A stretch of DNA of 64,000 bases. It comes from Paraspadella gotoi. Its lineage: Eukaryota > Animalia > Chaetognatha. This document shows positions 13,741 through 26,653 of this stretch, piece after piece. Where the stretch lies: the NCBI GenBank assembly GCA_051294375.1, contig CM119266.1, positions 12,973,797 to 13,037,796 on the forward strand, given 5' to 3'. Positions within the stretch are counted from its first letter, which is position 1. Each line of letters starts with the position of its first letter. The notes below the pieces were generated by a model that saw nothing but the letters and a program-made list of their open reading frames with translations, searched no databases and was not told the DNA's origin. The position numbers and the translations under genes were made by a program.

Positions 13741-16700
13741 AAGAGAAGAGAAGTTATTCAGATGCATCTATGTCTAAAGTATAAGCATAAGTAAACATAA
13801 GAAACGATAGGGGGAGTTGCCGGCAGGAGGGGAGAAGAAAGCTGGTCCCTGTGGTCTGTACTGTAATCTCGATATTTCCAAAGAGATAACTATTTAAAAA
13901 ACAAAGGACACATATACTGTTACTACTGCTTGTCTCTACTCCTCTGCTCTCCTACATTGTATTATACTTCTCTCTCTCTAAGGAGATAAAATTTCTACGA
14001 AAAACCGGCAAACCTCGTACTATTTCTTAAAGAAAAAGAAAATAAAAACCGTTAAATACTTCCTGCAAATAAATCATCGAGGTTAGTTAAAATTGGGTGA
14101 GGAACAGTTATTAAATTCTCTTCTTCTCTATCTCAACAACTACCTCCTGCCAGTTTTTAAATTATCTTTTTATAACAAACCAAATTTCCCTCTCCTTATT
14201 TTATATGTCTTCTCTTCTCTCTTTTCTGCCTTTATTTTATGTGCTTTCCCTCTCACTCTCATAGATAAAACGTTAATACCCACCAAAAACGAACTTTTTC
14301 TCTTAAAAAGATATGAACTTAAAAAAAAACAGGAAAACGATTTTTTCCAAATGTAAAAAGAATAAAACTTAAAAAAAAAGGCAAACGTTTTTTTCCAATG
14401 TAATAGTAAAAACACCGATAAACGATTTTTTAAATAAATAATAAAAAAGCGTTTATCTACAGACGCAGACACGATAAAAAGAGATAAAAATGTTCTAAAA
14501 ATCACCGGTAAAACGATATTTTAAAGAAAAAAGAGAATAATAAACGTAAAAATACTTCTGCATAACAATCATCGAGGTGTTAAAATTGGGTGAGGACAGT
14601 TTATTAAAATTTTTTTCAAAAACAAAACAAAATTTCCTTCTTATCTTTTATTTCTCCTCTCTCTCCTTTCTTCTTTAATTTTTAATGAGCTTTCTCTCAC
14701 TCTCAATAGATAAAAACGTTAAAATAACAGAAAACGACGACTTTTATCTGGTAAAAATATATGAAAACTTAAAAATAACAGAAACAATTTTTTCCAATGT
14801 AATAAGAAATTAAAACTTAAAAAAAAAAAAACGCAAACGTTTTTTCCAATGTATAAGAGTTAAAACACGCGAAACGATTTTTCTTATAAGTAAAAGTAAA
14901 AAAACGTTAAATACACCGGCGACGATATTTCCAAAGAGATAACTACTTAAAAACAAAGAAAAACGCTTTTTCCAATGTAAAAGAGAATAAAAAATTTCTA
15001 AAAAACCGGAAAACGATATTTAAAGAAAGAATAAAAACGTTACAAATACTTCTGCAATCACATCATCGAGGTTGTAAAATTGGGTGAGGACAGTTATTAA
15101 ATATCTTTTTATAAAAACAAAAAATTTTATCTTTCCTTCACCTCTCTTTTTATTTTTATGTCTCTTCTTCTCCTCTTTTCTCTTAATTTTTATGTAGCTT
15201 ATCTCACAATCTCAAATAGATAAAAACGTTAATAACACCAAGAAACGACTTTTTTTCTGTAAAAAGAATATGAAAACTTTAAAAAAAACAGAGACGAATT
15301 TTTTCCAATGTAAGAAATAAAAACTTAAGAAAAAACGGCAAACGTTTTTTTTCAACAATGTAAAAATAGTTAAAAAACAACCGATAACGACTTTCTAAAG
15401 TAAAAGTTATAACGTTTAATACCATACCTGCAGACGATATTCCAAAGAATAGACAACTTAACAACAAAGAAAAACGCTTTTTCCAATGTAAATAGACAGA
15501 TATGAATAATATTCTAAACGCAGACATGTTAACGAACATCCCGGAAAACGGATATTTTCAAAGAAAAACAGAAAATAAAAACGTTAAATACTTCTGCAAA
15601 TAACATCATGAGGTTGTTAAAATTGGTGAGGAACAGTATTAAATATCTGTTTTATCAAGAACAAACAAATTTCCTCTCGCTTTTATTTTATTTCTCTTCT
15701 CTTCTCTCTTTCTTCTTTAATTTTTGTAGCTTATATCTCTCACTCTCATAGATAAAACGTTAATAACCAGAAAACAGACTTCTTTCCTCTGTAAAAGATA
15801 TGAAAACTTTAAAATAACAGAAAAGATTTTTTCGCAATGTAAAAAGGAAATAAAAACTAAAAAAAAACGGCAACGTTTTTTTCCAATGTAGAAAGAGTTA
15901 AAAAATCAACCGATAAACGGACTTTTCTAAAAGTCAAAAGTAATAAAACAGTTAAATACACCGGCAGACGAATTTTCCCAAAGAGATAACCAACTTTAAG
16001 AATAACGCAAAAAAAAACGCTTTTTTTCCAATGTAAATTAAGCAGAGTAAAAATTTCTAAACCCGGAAAACGATATTTTCAAGAAAAAGATAAAAACGTT
16101 AAATAACTTTCTGGCAAATAACATCATCGAGTTGTTTAAAATTGGGTGAGCTGAGAGTTATTCTATCTTTTATCAAACACAAAAAAATTTCTCCTCTTTT
16201 ACTTTTTATAGGTTCTTCTCTCTCGTCTTCTTTAAATTTTATGTAGCTTTCCTTCATTCTCAATAGATAAAACCGTTAAATACACCAGATAAGACTTTTT
16301 CTCTGTAAATATATGAAAACTTTAAAAATAACAAGAAAACAATTTTTTCTAATGTAAAAAGAAAATAAAAACTTTAAAAAAAACGGCAAACGTTTTTCGC
16401 AATGTAAATAGAGTTACACCGATAAACGACTTTTTATCTAAAGTAAACAGTAATAAATACGTAAAATACACGGCAGACGATATTTCCAAAGAGATAAACA
16501 ATTTAAAAAACAAAAAAAACGGCTTTTTTTCCAATGTCAAAGAGATTAAATTTCTAAAACACCGGAAAAACGATATATTTCAAGAAAAAAGAATAAAAAC
16601 GTTAATTTTCTGCAATAACATCATCGGGGTTGTTAAAATTAGTTTGAGGACAGTCTATTAAATATCTTTTTTAATCAAAACAAAAAAATTCCTCCTTTAT

Positions 16701-18308
16701 TTTTAGGTCTCTTCTCTCATCACTTTTCTTCTTTAATTTTATGTAAGCTTTTCTCATTCACTCTCAATAGATAAGACACGTTAAATACACCAGAAAACGA
16801 CTTTTTCTCTGTAAAATATATGAACTTTAAACAATAACGAACAACAATTTTTTCGGCATGTAAAAAGAAATAAACTTTAAAAAAAAACGGCAAACGTTTT
16901 TTCCAATGTACAAAAGAGTTAATAAACACCGATAATACGACACTTTTCGAAGTAAAAGTAATAAAACGTTAAAATACAAACCGGCATGACGCGATATTCC
17001 AAAGAGATAACAACTTTAAAAACAAAAAAAACGCTTTTTTCAATGTTTAAAAGAGATAAAAAATTTCTAAAACCCGGAACATATTTTTAAAGAAAAAAGA
17101 AATAAATAACGTTAAATACTTCTGCAAATAACCATCATGCGAGGTTGTTTAAAATTTGGTGTGGACATTATTAAATATCTTTTTATCAAAAACAATTCCT
17201 CTCTTTTATTTTTATGTCTCCTTCTCTTCTCTTTTCTTTAATTCTTATATAGCTCTCACTCTCTCTCAATAGATAAACGTTAAAATACACCGAGAAAACG
17301 AACTTTTTCTCTGTAAAAGATATGAAAACTTTAAAATTAACAGAAATACGATTTTTTCGCAATGTAAAGAAATAAAAACTTAAAACACAAAAACGGCAAA
17401 ACGTTTTTTTCCAATGTAAAGAAGAGTTTACAAAACACCGATAAACGACTTTTTTCTAAAGTAGAACAGTAATAAAACGTTAAATACAAATGATCCGGCA
17501 AGAACGGATATTTCCCAAAGAGATAACAACTTTAAAACAAAAAAAACGCTTTTTTCCAATGTAAAAAAGAAATAAAAATTCCTAAACAACGGAACGATAT
17601 TTTCCAAAGAAAAAAAGAAAAAAAACGTTAAATTTACTTTGCCAAATAACATCATCGAGTTGTTAAATGTGGGTGAGGATAGTTATTAAATATCGTTTTT
17701 TAATACGTTTTATCAAAACAAACAATTTCCTCCCTTTTATTTCATGTCTCCTTATCTCTCTCTCTTTCTCTTTAATTTTTATGTAGCTTCTCTCACTCTC
17801 ATTAGATAAAAACGTTAAAATCACCAGAAAACGACTTTTTTCCTCTGTAGAAGATATGAAATTTTAAAAATAACAGAAAAACGATTTTTCCAATGTAAAA
17901 AGAAATAAAAACTTAAAAAAAAGGCAAACTTTTTTCCAACTGTAAAGAGTTAAAAAGATCACCGATAAACGACTTTTCTAAAGTAACAATAGCTGATAAA
18001 AAACGTTAAATACATAACCGGCAGACGATATTTATCCAAGAGAATAACAAACTTTAAAAAAAAAAAACGCTTTTTCAATGTAAAAAGGATAAAAAATTTC
18101 TAAAACACCGAAAACGATATTTTCAAAGCAAAAAAGAAATAAAAACGTTAAATACTTCTGCAATAACATCATCGATCTCTGAGTTGTTAAAAAAATTGGG
18201 TGAGACAGTTTATTAACATCTTTTATCAACATAAAAAATTTCTATCTTTTTTCTCTTCTATATGTCTCCTCTTCCTTCTCTCTCTCTCCTCTTAATTTTA
18301 TGCTATGC
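13741..18308. repeat. Second copy of the ~515-bp satellite array (noisy start at 13741-14308)
   Basis: Same landmarks as 1-4000, plus an extra degraded unit at ~14075. Confidence 0.9.
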
Positions 18309-21300
18309 TCTTTCTCTTCTTCTACTCAACTCAGTAATACCGTGTAGATTCTATCACAGATAGCGTAACTTTTCTACTTGCTGAGTGCAGTTGATAGTGT
18401 AAAATAATATATTCAGCAGATGAACCTAACTGTTTCCTGCTAAGAGTAGTCAAGAAGAGAATAGAACGTTTTCATAAAGGAATAATCGCGCACACTTGTT
18501 GTTCTTCCAATTGGTGAGAGGGAACGACGTTAGAAGGAGAAACTCTGCGAGATGATGCGGAGTGTTGCTAGATAGTGAGTAAGTGGAATATAAGAGTGTT
18601 GTGAATCGATGGCATGAGGGGGACTGGAATGATGTATGCCAGGAGATAAGGATGGAAATCTGTTAGATAATATAGCATAAGAAAAACGGACTTTCGTTTC
18701 TGCTCCAATCAGTAATAATATGAGAGAGATGAGAGAACTGGAAAATGTATATATAAAACCTACCGAGAAGACAAATGGCGTATATTTTTTATTACGCAAT
18801 CAAAGGAAGAATCCAGACGATTTTATAATATGTTCATGTCAGGCACAGAAGTATAGTATCGTATCGGTATGGTTTTAATAAATTGGTGGTGTGACATAAG
18901 TTTATTTATTTATATAAATATCATTTATTTATCAAAACAATATTATATCATATATATATTATTTATTACCAGTCTATGTTTATAGGTAGTTATGTCGCTG
19001 CTTAGTCTCTTTTCTCTTTTTTTTTCTAACAGTATTGATATTATTGGATGATTTCGTTTCGATAATCATTTTAGAAAATATCAGTTAGCCTTTTCTCGTC
19101 TGATAGCTAGTTGAGCCGTTCTTTTTTACTAAGTTAATTGTGTATTAAAGCCAGGGGGTGTAAAATTAGCACGCCTAGACAGATAAAATATCGGGGATTA
19201 TTCTTTCGAATAGTGAGATAATAGTATATTGATAATAGTAACAATATAAGAGAACACAAGACAGTTAAGCATGGTTTTTTCTACATGTTCACATAAGAGT
19301 TAAGAGACAGAGCGACTTGATTATAGATAACGACTTCATATAGTCGAAAAGTATAAAACTTTTAATACTATTCGGAATGGCATGAAAATTAATGTTGGTA
19401 TACGTCAGAGAACAAACATACTTTAATAGCACGAAAAAATAACAACGGCTTTTACCCAAATGTAATTCACGATATGAACAGACACACGATCACTTCTATA
19501 AGAAGGCCGCCGAGAGTAATAACGATATTAAAGAATAAAAGAGATAAAACGGTCTGAGTTCTTACATGAAATAACATCATCGAGGTTGTTAAGTAAATTA
19601 GCAGAGATGTAAGATACATGTTATTAATTAGTACTCTACTTTTATATATCATTTTTATATATCAACAGAACGAAGATTATCTCTACGCTATTTAGTATGT
19701 CAATAGTGTATCCAAACTTACAGTGCATGCTCTATTATCTCGTTTATAGATGTTATCATGGTATAGTCATCTGTTCATCAATACCATAGGATTACAATCT
19801 AACACAAACGGGTATTAAAGTACATGTAAGATATACGACACTTGTACTGTACTGATATAATATATATGGAAAGAAAACGGTAGTTTGATATTCAAGGAGG
19901 AAAACAGTTTGTCATTCACTCCATAGAAGAATAAAACTTAATCAAAACAGACAGGAGGCTGGACGTTGTGTTTGCCATAGTAAAAGTAGAGAGGGTCATT
20001 TATAATATAAGAGCGCACTAGTTCCCACACCCACCGATTTCTAAAGTAAAAACGGATAAAAACGGTTAATACCACGGCTATGATTCAATTAATTTCCAAA
20101 ATAAGAGAGACCTGTATTATAGAGCCAGAAAGTGGTGTATTTGTCAGAATGCCAGATAAAGCACTAATAGAATTGTGAAACAAGTCCGGACCTACTAGTA
20201 TCTTGATCAGATTACAGCAGGAATATAAACGTGTCAATATCTCAGTTCTCTTGCTCAGACATACTGGAGGAAGTGTTAAGAAGTAGTGCGGTAGTAGGAG
20301 CTGTATATAAGAGTAATATGTTATGACTAGAGAGATTCTACCTTCTGTTATTATGTATGTGTTCACTTTCTCGGATGAATTACGTATCCGATTTGTATCG
20401 TCTTTATGTCTATGGTAGCGTTTCTGTCCACTATCATAGAATGATAGAAACAACGATTATAATAGTCGAGCATCAGAAATCTTTCTCATGGGTAAAATTA
20501 GTTGTATTATGTCCACAGAAGAAGGATAACACGAGAATGTTGTTCTGTAGCTGGTGAGAAGCACAGGTAAAAACTTTGTAGGAGAGAAAAGAGAGGCACG
20601 ATCTTCAGGTATTTATGGATATTAATGTAAGAGATAGTTTCACAGCCGATAAGGCAGCGGATACGAGTTTTCTAGTAAAAAGTGTCACCGTTAAATCACG
20701 TTAAAAGAGCGGTGGTAGGTAATAGATCTACAGAGGAATTTATGCATGAGAGATACAGAATGACCGTGTCGCCTAGGTGGAGAGAGGGGTCAGGAGCTGT
20801 GAGGGGAGTGGCAGTTCACGCATTCTTCGGAGAGCGATTGAAATAAAGTTTTAGATTTATTATGTATATGAAGATAGAAGATAGAAAGTTGTGGAGTTAG
20901 TAGAGTATGTATGTAGGAAGACCGAGAGTATAGAGTATGATGTATGGGCACAGAGGATTGCCGTCGAGACTTGAGTAGGTTATTTATTACTTGTCTCTAT
21001 CAGTCTATATGGTGGTTATTCTTTCTCTGGATTGATTTGTAAGATTTGATATTTTTCTTGATTCACACGGAAGTCGTTGCAGTGAATCTGTGGAAAGAAG
21101 TGAGAATCGTCGAAGACGGCTAAGGGGGGAAGAAGAGGGGGGAAGTGGAATGGGAGGGGGAAAGGAGAGGGAAAGTGGAATGGTAGGGGGAAAGGAAGAG
21201 GGGGAAGTGGAAGGGGAAGGGGAAAGGAAGAGGGGAAGTGGACAGGGGAGAGGGAAAGGAAGAGGGGGAAGTGGAGGAGATGGGGAAAGGAAGAGGGGAA

Positions 21301-21378
21301 GTAGAAAGGGAAGGGAAGGAAAGGGGAAGTGGGAAGGAGGAGTGGGGAAAGGAAGTGGGGTAAAGTGGAAAGGGAGGG
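14309..21378 (+). repeat. Direct duplicate of 1-7070 (offset 14308)
   Basis: Identical wherever compared, including noisy parts. ORF-track entries recur at the same offset (971/15279, 5777/20085). Identity ends at 7070/21378. Confidence 0.97.
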
Positions 21379-22043
21379 ACCGTCCCTGAACTTACTCTTA
21401 AACCTTAATAAGACGCCCTTTTCCCTCTTTCCGCTTTTCTCGCCCAACCACTTCCGGATTCTCTCTGGCAAAACTTTCATTATATCACTATTATCACTCA
21501 TCACAACGCTGCCTCATCGATCTTTAATTCATCCAATCACAACTCTGCCTCATCAATCTTCAATTTCACGCATCACGACTCCTCTTAATGTGGCGTTGGG
21601 CGGAGCTTTTACCGCGAATCAGTCGGAACTTCCATCAGTTTTATCGTCGCATCCACTTTCGCTCTTCGTCAATAATAAAACGGGGGGGGGGAACTGGAAG
21701 ACTTTCTTAAAAGCCTCTTTACTACTAACCATCCATATTCGGATCTATTTATAATGCATGATTTCACCTGAAATTCAACTTCCGTTTACATTCTTAATTC
21801 ATCTTTAATTACATTTACCTGTGTTAGATTTGATTTTTGTCGTATGTCTCTATCTATAAGCTCCTATTGATCATCATCGATACTAAATACCTCTTTATAT
21901 AAAAGTGACAAAATTATTGTTTTACAATATTTTTAACGACAATTTTTTAAACTGTCCCCTTGGACGGCGTAAATCGTGAAATATTGTTGTATTTCTCTAT
22001 TTATTTTTGTTTCTACGTATACCACATAATTTCACCATTCCAG

Positions 22044-22181
22044 AGGTTCAAAGCACGACGCAGATGAAGCAACAGTCATTGAGCCTAAATGGACAACAAA
22101 CAATCCTTCCAAGTTCCAATCACCGTTAGCTGCTTCCCCCCCCTCAATACATAAGAGCCCAACAGCATCAACGAGGAAAGT
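22044..22181 (+). CDS. Possible exon, unidentified S/P/T-rich peptide
   Basis: Acceptor CACCATTCCAG| followed by an open frame GSKHDADEATVIEPKWTTNNPSKFQSPLAASPPSIHKSPTASTRK up to GT at the gap edge. Confidence 0.3.
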
Positions 22182-22945
22182 NNNNNNNNNNNNNNNNNNN
22201 NNNNNNNNNNNNNNNNNNNNNNNNNNNNNNNNNNNNNNNNNNNNNNNNNNNNNNNNNNNNNNNNNNNNNNNNNNNNNNNNNNNNNNNNNNNNNNNNNNNN
22301 NNNNNNNNNNNNNNNNNNNNNNNNNNNNNNNNNNNNNNNNNNNNNNNNNNNNNNNNNNNNNNNNAAAAACTCACCTCCTCTGCTTATAATTCGTCCTCGG
22401 AGGAAAAAAGCCAGTTCTCCAGTTCTCCAGTTCTCCACCCAATTATCTGAACGAATCCTTTAGCAACCATCCATCCATCCATCCATCCATCCATCCTCCA
22501 CCATCCACAACCCTATCCACCCCACGGCCCCGCAACCCCGGCCCTCTCAGCCAGCGAATCCTCTGACCCTTCCGATCTCACGGATCGAGTTTCATCCTTG
22601 GAATATTGACTTTCACGCTCCAGTGNNNNNNNNNNATTAACGGTCGGTGTTTATTTTATCGGACGATATTCGTTTATTGTGTGTTTAGGAGGACCGTCAA
22701 CAAAAATGTTTAAACAATTTTACATCATAAACTTGCATGGCATTCTTATTCAAATATGATATCTCACCGTTTAGTTCTGTTTCTCGAATACTGGGCTTAT
22801 TTGTTCAGTGAATATTTTAACTTAAAACTTCTCTCTGTTAAAATATTCATCACGTTTGTCATAAATTCTCGGTTCGTAAATCTGAAACTAAAGAAAAACT
22901 CAGAATCGGAAATCAAAAATCCGATTCGATATGGGAAATCAAAAA

Positions 22946-23212
22946 TCAGAATCGGTAAAACGAAACCTCTTGGACCGTGAGTGAATATCTGAGTTTATTG
23001 GCGAAAGAATCGAGATTCTTTTGGGTCGATGCGGACCAGAAACTCGAGATATCGGTTCGGTAAAAACAGAAGGAGCCGGCGCTTTCAAAGGAAACCACTT
23101 TTAAACAATTTGTCTTTAGAAATTCGTTTGGTAAAAAACTATTGGCCGCCAAATGAAGGGCTCGCCTTCTTTGAATATCTTTCTTAAAGACTGAGCCACT
23201 TGGGCCAAGAAA
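22946..23212 (-). CDS. Putative terminal exon, unidentified protein
   Basis: Acceptor TTTTTAACAG| then 89 codons FLGPSGSVFKKDIQRRRALHLAANSFLPNEFLKTNCLKVVSFESAGSFCFYRTDISSFW...SFYRF*. Confidence 0.45.
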   Translation of the reverse strand, partial: FLGPSGSVFKKDIQRRRALHLAANSFLPNEFLKTNCLKVVSFESAGSFCFYRTDISSFWSASTQKNLDSFANKLRYSLTVQEVSFYRF

Positions 23213-23451
23213 CTGTTAAAAATAAAAAAAAGAANNNNNNNNNNNNNNNNNNNNNNNNNNNNNNNNNNNNNNNNNNNNNNNNNNNNNNNNNNNNNNNNNN
23301 NNNNNNNNNNNNNNNNNNNNNNNNNNNNNNNNNNNNNNNNNNNNNNNNNNNNNNNNNNNNNNNNNNNNNNNNNNNNNNNNNNNNNNNNNNNNNNNNNNNN
23401 NNNNNNNNNNNNNNNNNNNNNNNNNNNNNNNNNNNNNNNNNNNNNNNNNNN

Positions 23452-23573
23452 NTTTTTGTTTTGGCAAGCGAAAGGCAGCATCAATGATCGGCTAGATCGG
23501 ATTTTTCTCTGTTTATTTACTGATTTCATCGCTGATTTCGTTTCTTTCAAAAACAACGCATTCCTTTTTTCAA
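23452..23573 (-). CDS. Putative internal exon running into a gap, probably the same gene as 22946-23212
   Basis: Strong acceptor TTCTTCTCTTTTCAG| and open frame EKRNALFLKETKSAMKSVNKQRKIRSSRSLMLPFACQNK. Confidence 0.4.
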
Positions 23574-23756
23574 CTGAAAAGAGAAGAAAAATCATTCAGA
23601 GGCTCAATGACGCGGGAAATTTAATTTCATCGGCGCGATTCGTTTGCAATTCGCCCTACGGCCTACGTGGACTGGACACTGGACAGGGAACGGCTCTCTT
23701 TTCCCAAAGCGCTCCATTTCTGTTCCTTCATCCTTTAATTTAATATTAACTCAGAT

Positions 23757-23960
23757 ATTTAACCTTAATTCATTTTAAAACTTTTAACCCAATCGATAAT
23801 CCTTAACCCTAATGCTTAACTCCAACCTAATCCCTAACATTCACCCTAAACCCTAATATCTAATCCTAAACATTAATCCCTTACCCTATTGCTTAACCCT
23901 AATCATTAGCTAATCCTTAACCTAATCTTTAATCTAAGCCTAACCTATAAAATAATCCTA
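23757..23960. repeat. Degenerate (TAACCC)n telomere-like tract
   Basis: Many imperfect TAACCC/TAATCC/CCTAA hexamers. Confidence 0.6.
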
Positions 23961-24176
23961 AAAACTCACTAAATTTTGAATTCAAGATGAAATGCGTAGC
24001 TTTTCGAAAATAAGTACTGGCGAACAAAGAACAGTCGATCAAAATTATGCTGCCACACGTTGCAGTGAGTCTCCACCGAGCCCGGTCACCTCTCCTGTCG
24101 CCTTCATTAATATCAACGACGCTTTCCTTTTATTCGTGGCGCCCAACTCTCTCTGTCCTTGTCTTTGTGTCTGTGT

Positions 24177-24300
<124 letters not shown>

Positions 24301-25627
24301 GACTCTCCTTCCATTGTTCCACTCTCCCGCTCTTCAACTCATTTTCCTTTTTCCTTCCTCTTTATTTCCTCCTTCGCGCGAATTCATTGTCCGTTTGTCG
24401 CTTTGCCGCATTTTCTCCTTTTTTTATCTTTCTCTTCTCACCTTTGCTTCGGTTTTCAATTCATTGCGAATCTCACTCAGTTCCTCCTTCATTAACACTT
24501 GTCCCAAATAAGTCCCTTTTTGGTCGGTCGGTCTGTCTGTCCGATGGTCTATTTTACTTATGTTAAAAATGTTGATAACTCTGGTAATACTTCATCAATT
24601 TAGTTCATATTTGGTACGAAAGTACCCTAAGACCTTTAACTTATTTTGAAAGTCAGGCGATCACATGACCCAAAATTTAATGCGGCTTAAATTTGGTAGC
24701 TCTTCTGTTATTTTTATTCACACTTTTAATCTCGGCAATACCTTTTGTTTTTTGTTTTTTTAAATGTGTCGAAGTCTAAGTAGTAGTCACGTGTTGACCG
24801 CGGTTCAATAGATTGGATTTCCCGTTATTGTTTTCTCCCTTTCCCCAGTCCCTCCTCTCCGGATGAGATTTTTATTTTTCAAATTTCCCTTCCCCTCTCC
24901 CTTCGTCTTCATTATTCCCCCCCCCCTCTCATTTTCCATTTCTTTTTCAATGACGAACCATTCTCGCCTTTATTTTCCCTTACCCTATTTTTCTCGCGAT
25001 TTCCGTTCATTTTTTCTATTTTTTTTCCTTCTCTTTCTGTCCATCCCGATTTTCCTTTTCAACTTTCTCCCTCCTTTCTTTTTCCTTTCTTCCTTTTTTC
25101 TCCTTTCTTTTTTTTTTGTCATTTCGGAGTTTTCCAGGAAGTGAAGGACGGGAGACAGAAGCAATATTGGATGAAGGATGGAGGTGAAGTAGGGAGGTAA
25201 GTCGAGGAGGTAAGTCGAGGGGGATGGAGGAAAAGGTAGGGACGTTGAAACTTTTAAAACTATTTCACAAAGAATTTATTAAATAAAATACAAATATGAA
25301 TACATAAAACAGCTCCGTAACAAAAGAACTTAAAAGAAATATAAAAAAGCCACCTAAAAAGAGAAGAGGGCGTCAACAGCAGGCGGCAACAAAATTATTT
25401 TCCGGGCGCCAGACCGAGAAAAAAGCTAAACAAATAAATGAAAAAGCGAAAAAAAAACCCAAAAAAACAAAAGCCCCCTCAAAAAAGTGTAGAAACAAAA
25501 AAAGAAGGCGCAAAATTGGTTTCGGACCCAATTTCATCAGACAAATCCGGAAAGACGTAAAAATTCCGGCTCAAGTAAACAGATTTTTTTTCTTTCAGAA
25601 AATAGGAGGGTGGGTTCTATTCTGAGA

Positions 25628-25631
<4 letters not shown>

Positions 25632-25704
<73 letters not shown>
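25632..25704. repeat. (GA)n microsatellite
   Basis: Perfect dinucleotide run. Confidence 0.98.
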
Positions 25705-25708
<4 letters not shown>

Positions 25709-26162
25709 TGGCGCTAAAATCGCTCGCCTTCGTTTACGTCATTTGCGTCAATGAACGCGATTTGCGTCATGGTCGCCACCTTTCGCGTCTCTGGTTTCTT
25801 TTATTCGCCTTGGTGCGGCGCTGCGGCTATGGAAGCAGCTGCTTCTGCTGCTACCTCCGCTGCCGTGGCTAATTCGGTTTTGTCGAGGTCAGTGTTTTCT
25901 TTCGGACATCGACTTGGAAATTCCCCGCGGCTTTCTTTCCTTCTTTCCGTCATTTGCTGGGCATCTTACGATTGTTTCTCTCGGACCAATGAAGTCGTAA
26001 AGTATATTAGCGCCGGAGAAGCGTGAGTTCGTGATAATTGCAACGTCCAATCAGCTAATCTTTACATCTTTAATAAAAACATTCTTTCCTAAGATGAAAA
26101 AAAACCGAGAAAATAATAAATATCCAAGTCGTGACTCAATGACGTCCCTATCCAGCGCCAGC

Positions 26163-26175
26163 GTTGCTAGGCAAC
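26163..26175. promoter_or_regulatory. RFX X-box-like palindrome GTTGCTAGGCAAC
   Basis: Matches the RFX dimer consensus. A CRE-like TGACGTC lies at ~26140 and CCAATCAG at ~26047, in a CpG-rich region. Confidence 0.45.
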
Positions 26176-26653
26176 CGAGGCATTAGTTCGTTGGTCGCAA
26201 AGAGATTAGAGATTCCTTTGCGAGAGAAAGAAAAAAACTGGGGATATTGCGTTTTTCTTTCTTTTTTTTTCTTTCTCTTCTTCTCGAAGGAGAATCGATG
26301 ACGAGATGGTAATATCGATTTCACGAGAGAGAAAAAGGAGGGAGTGGATGGTGAGGGAGAGGGGGTAAGTCATCGCGGAATCCGAAATTAGCGTGAGGAA
26401 AAAAAAAAGAAATTGAGCCGAGACAGAATCCATTGGAACAATAATGAGGAAAAAGAAGAATAGTTATATGGAGTTTGACTTAAGGTCCGAATCGATGAAG
26501 GGAAGAGGGTCGACGAAAAAAGAAGAAAAAAGGGGGTCGACTCAATATTAACAACACTGGATGACATAGAAACCAGTGAATATCGATAAATTATGGGGTA
26601 TGAGGGGCGTGGGGGGGTGTGAGNNNNNNNNNNNNNNNNNNNNNNNNNAGAGA

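Noticed and set aside
24495-24750. Second HINE-like fragment with a GGTC/GTCT tract
   Set aside because: Matching subterminal repeats and boundaries could not be defined.
25751-26026. Plus-strand 91-aa Ala-rich ORF
   Set aside because: Several frames on both strands are partly open, so strand and frame could not be fixed.
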